This document shows positions 61,427 to 64,000 of a stretch of 64,000 bases of DNA, one piece after another. The notes beneath the pieces were generated by a model. It was given only the letters and a program-made list of their open reading frames with translations, did not search any database and was not told where the DNA came from. Numbering within the stretch: position 1 is the stretch's first letter; the number at the start of each line of letters is the position of its first letter. The position numbers were made by a program, and so were the translations under genes. Source of the stretch: Octopus sinensis (lineage: Eukaryota); assembly GCF_006345805.1 (NCBI RefSeq), contig NC_042998.1:206274001-206338000 (forward strand), written 5' to 3'.

Positions 61427-61560
61427 TACAAGATAAGGGCAGAAGAATTTTTTAGAGATTTCTATCGGTTTGTTTCGAGACGCATAAATTTAATGGTTAT
61501 CGACAATTTTTTGTTTCGGCGTATCTGGCATTAGAATTTTTCTTCTGCCCTTATCTTGTA
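61427..61560. repeat. Short inverted repeat, 20-bp perfect arms
   Basis: TACAAGATAAGGGCAGAAGA / TCTTCTGCCCTTATCTTGTA. Confidence 0.8.
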
Positions 61561-62853
61561 TGTATATATATATATATAAAAACCTAAGAATCTTGCCAAA
61601 ACTGACCTCACCTGTTCTTGTTCCATGTAAAAAGCAGTAAGTCCCCTCTGCTGAGTGGTTGGTGTTTGGAAGGACATCCAGCTGTAAGAATCCTGCCAAA
61701 ACAGTCACAGAAGTCTGGTGCAGGCTTCTGCCTGGCTGGCTCTTGTCAAACCGTCCCACCCATGCTAGCACGGAAGGCAGACGTTAAACGATGAAGAAAC
61801 CTATATTCATGCATCTACATACATCACCACTCACAAAGCTTTGGTTGACTTGGGGCTATAGTAGAAGACACTTGCCCAAGGTGCCATGTAGTGGAACTGA
61901 AACTGGGACCATGTGATTAGGAAGCAAACTTCTCAACCACCCAGCCACGCCTGCTTACAAATATCTATATATTTATACACACAAACTTACACTGTTACAT
62001 GTATACGTATATCTACGACCACTTACACACACATACACATACACACACACACGTGTATACATGTATCCATAATGGTTTATGTATTAGCATGTCAACACAC
62101 ATTCTTTACATTAGAAAGGACAAAGAAACAAGATACAAGACAGAAGCAGCCATTTCCATACCTTTTTATCCTCGAAGATGGAATTTCCATTTCAAATTAA
62201 ATCCGGCTCTTTTACTTTTATGTTTTCTATATAACTGTGTGTTTGTGTGTGTGCGTGCGCGTGTGTGTGTGTGTTTCTAACAAGCTCTTGAAGAAAAGAA
62301 AGGAACTGGCGTTTACAAGAAGAAAGACGGCCATGGAATACGGTAAATCTCAACTCAATTCTACCATCTTCTTATTTTTACTTTTGTTTCTGAATTTTTT
62401 TTTTATACCGAATTTATTATTATTATTACTATTATTATGGCAGGAACACTTTTACTGAATTCACAAGTGCTTAAATAACATTTCAGCATCCTACAAGCTA
62501 ATTTACCATTGATAATGAGTGAAAAGTTATGATGACGATGATGATGATAATAATATTCTGCCCTTTCAAACTGTATTTCCTCTGTTTTCGTTAGTGGAAT
62601 CCACTTAATGAGTTGTCTAATTTCTACAAGTGGTCACAGAAGGAGGAAAAAAAATAAGAAGAAAAGAAAAGGAGAGAGCAAAAACATACCCCCAACTAAA
62701 CTAGCCATTAATGACTTCTAATAAATAACTGACGAGGTTGAACCTAACGAAGGAGACAACAAACAACCGTAACAAGTGGTGAGCTGCTGTACTGGAGAAA
62801 ACCTGGCCAATCAACGCAAACAGAAAAAAAACGGATGTGAAAACATGATGACG

Positions 62854-63076
62854 TAGGCTGTGTGGTAAGTAGCTTGCTTACGAACCATATGGTTCCGGCT
62901 TCAGTCCCACTGCGTAGTACCTTGGGCAACTGTCTTCTGCTATAGCCTCGGGCTGACCAAAGTCTTGTGAGTGGATCTGGTAGACGGAAACTGAAAGAAG
63001 CCCGTCATATATATATATGTGTGTATCATCATCATTATCATCGTATATTGTGTGTATATATATATATATATATGTG

Positions 63077-63113
<37 letters not shown>

Positions 63114-63300
63114 GTGTCTATGTTTGTCCCCACAACATCACTTGACAACCGATGCTGGTGTGTTTACGTCCCCATAACTTAGCGGCTTGGCAAAAGGGAC
63201 TGATAGAGTAACTACTAGGCTTACATAGAATAAGTCTTGGGGTCGATTTGCTGAACTAAAGGTGGTGCTCCAGCATGGCCTCAGTCAAATGACTGAAACC
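62854..63300 (+). mobile_element. SINE family A with an expanded central microsatellite
   Basis: Head GGCTGTGTGGTAAGTAGC; tail CAAATGACTGAAAC. Confidence 0.83.
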
Positions 63301-63364
63301 TGTAAAACAGTATGATGGAAATGGGAGTGGGGAAGCTATATACATATACTCTCTTTACTCTCTC

Positions 63365-63750
63365 TCTTTTACTTGTTTCAGTCATTTGACTGTGGCCATG
63401 CTGGAGCACCACCTTTAGTCGAGCAAATCGACCCCGGGACATATTCTTTTGTAAGCCCAGTACTTATTCTATCGGTCTCTTTTGCCAAACCGCTAAGTTA
63501 CGGGGACATAAACACACCAGCATCGGTTGTCAAGCAATGCTAGGGGGACACACACAAACACACACATACATATATATATATATACATATATACAACAGGC
63601 TTCTTTCAGTTTCCGTCTACCAAATCCACTCACACGGCATTGGTCGGCCCGGGGCTATAGCAGAAGACACTTGCCCAAGATGCCACGCAGTGGGACTGAA
63701 CCCGGAACCATGTGGTTGGTTAGCAAGCTACTTACCACACAGCCACTCCT
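63365..63750 (-). mobile_element. SINE family A (tail-to-tail with the previous copy)
   Basis: Reverse complement of the family A consensus. Confidence 0.85.
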
Positions 63751-63789
63751 CTGTCTTTAATATTCTATTCTTTTTCCTTTTTTTTATTC

Positions 63790-64000
63790 TTTATACTTGT
63801 TTCAGCCATTTGACTGTAGCCATGCTGGAGCACTGCTTTTAATCGAACAAATCGACCCCCCCCCAGGACTTACTCTTTGTTAGCCTAGTACTTATTCTAT
63901 CGGTTTCTTTTGTCGAACTGCTAAGTTACAGAGACGTAAACATGCCAACATCAGTTGTCAAGCGATGGTGGGGGAGGGACAAACATAGACACACAAATAC
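63790..64000 (-). mobile_element. SINE family A 3' half, runs off the window
   Basis: TACTTGTTTCAGCCATTTGACTG...CAGTTGTCAAGCGATGG. Confidence 0.78.

Noticed and set aside
62800-62860. CCAAT plus TGACGT motifs as an RGS promoter
   Set aside because: Short motifs next to a SINE head. The gene's 5' exons were not found, so no start site can be placed.
32536-64000. Many 60-210 aa ORFs (HTHT, YIYI, CVCV, PHSGTEP, WLVSKLL types)
   Set aside because: They map onto microsatellites, SINE families A-C or the antisense strand of real exons and transposons.

Overview
Eukaryotic animal DNA, probably octopus/coleoid cephalopod (inferred from TTAGGG telomere repeats and the SINE/microsatellite landscape), in two halves separated by a 100-N scaffold gap (32436-32535). 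Left half (1-32435): a head-to-tail array of 13 copies of a ~1.1 kb cassette, separated by 0.5-2.3 kb degenerate telomere tracts (TTAGGG/TTGGG/TTGGGG, G-strand on +). Each cassette has an 18-bp G-rich minisatellite, a G-rich linker, a splice acceptor plus a calcium-binding EGF-like exon cut before its sixth cysteine by a SINE fragment, a (TAA)n run and an AT-rich tail joined directly to TTAGGG repeats. Three composite non-autonomous Helitrons sit in cassettes 9 and 12; two carry piggyBac or mariner fragments. Right half: a minus-strand R7-family RGS gene (RGS9/11-like; one GGL exon and two RGS-domain exons with exact splice sites). Its introns hold a full-length IR/DR Tc1 element with one frameshift, CR1- and RTE-type LINE 3' ends and many SINEs. 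Further SINEs, fold-back elements and a 356-bp partial tandem with a degenerate hammerhead-like motif lie in the flanks. The main candidate novelty is the telomere-embedded cassette array, which resembles recombination-amplified telomere templates (yeast Y', C. elegans TALT). All of this was read by eye; no database searches were run.
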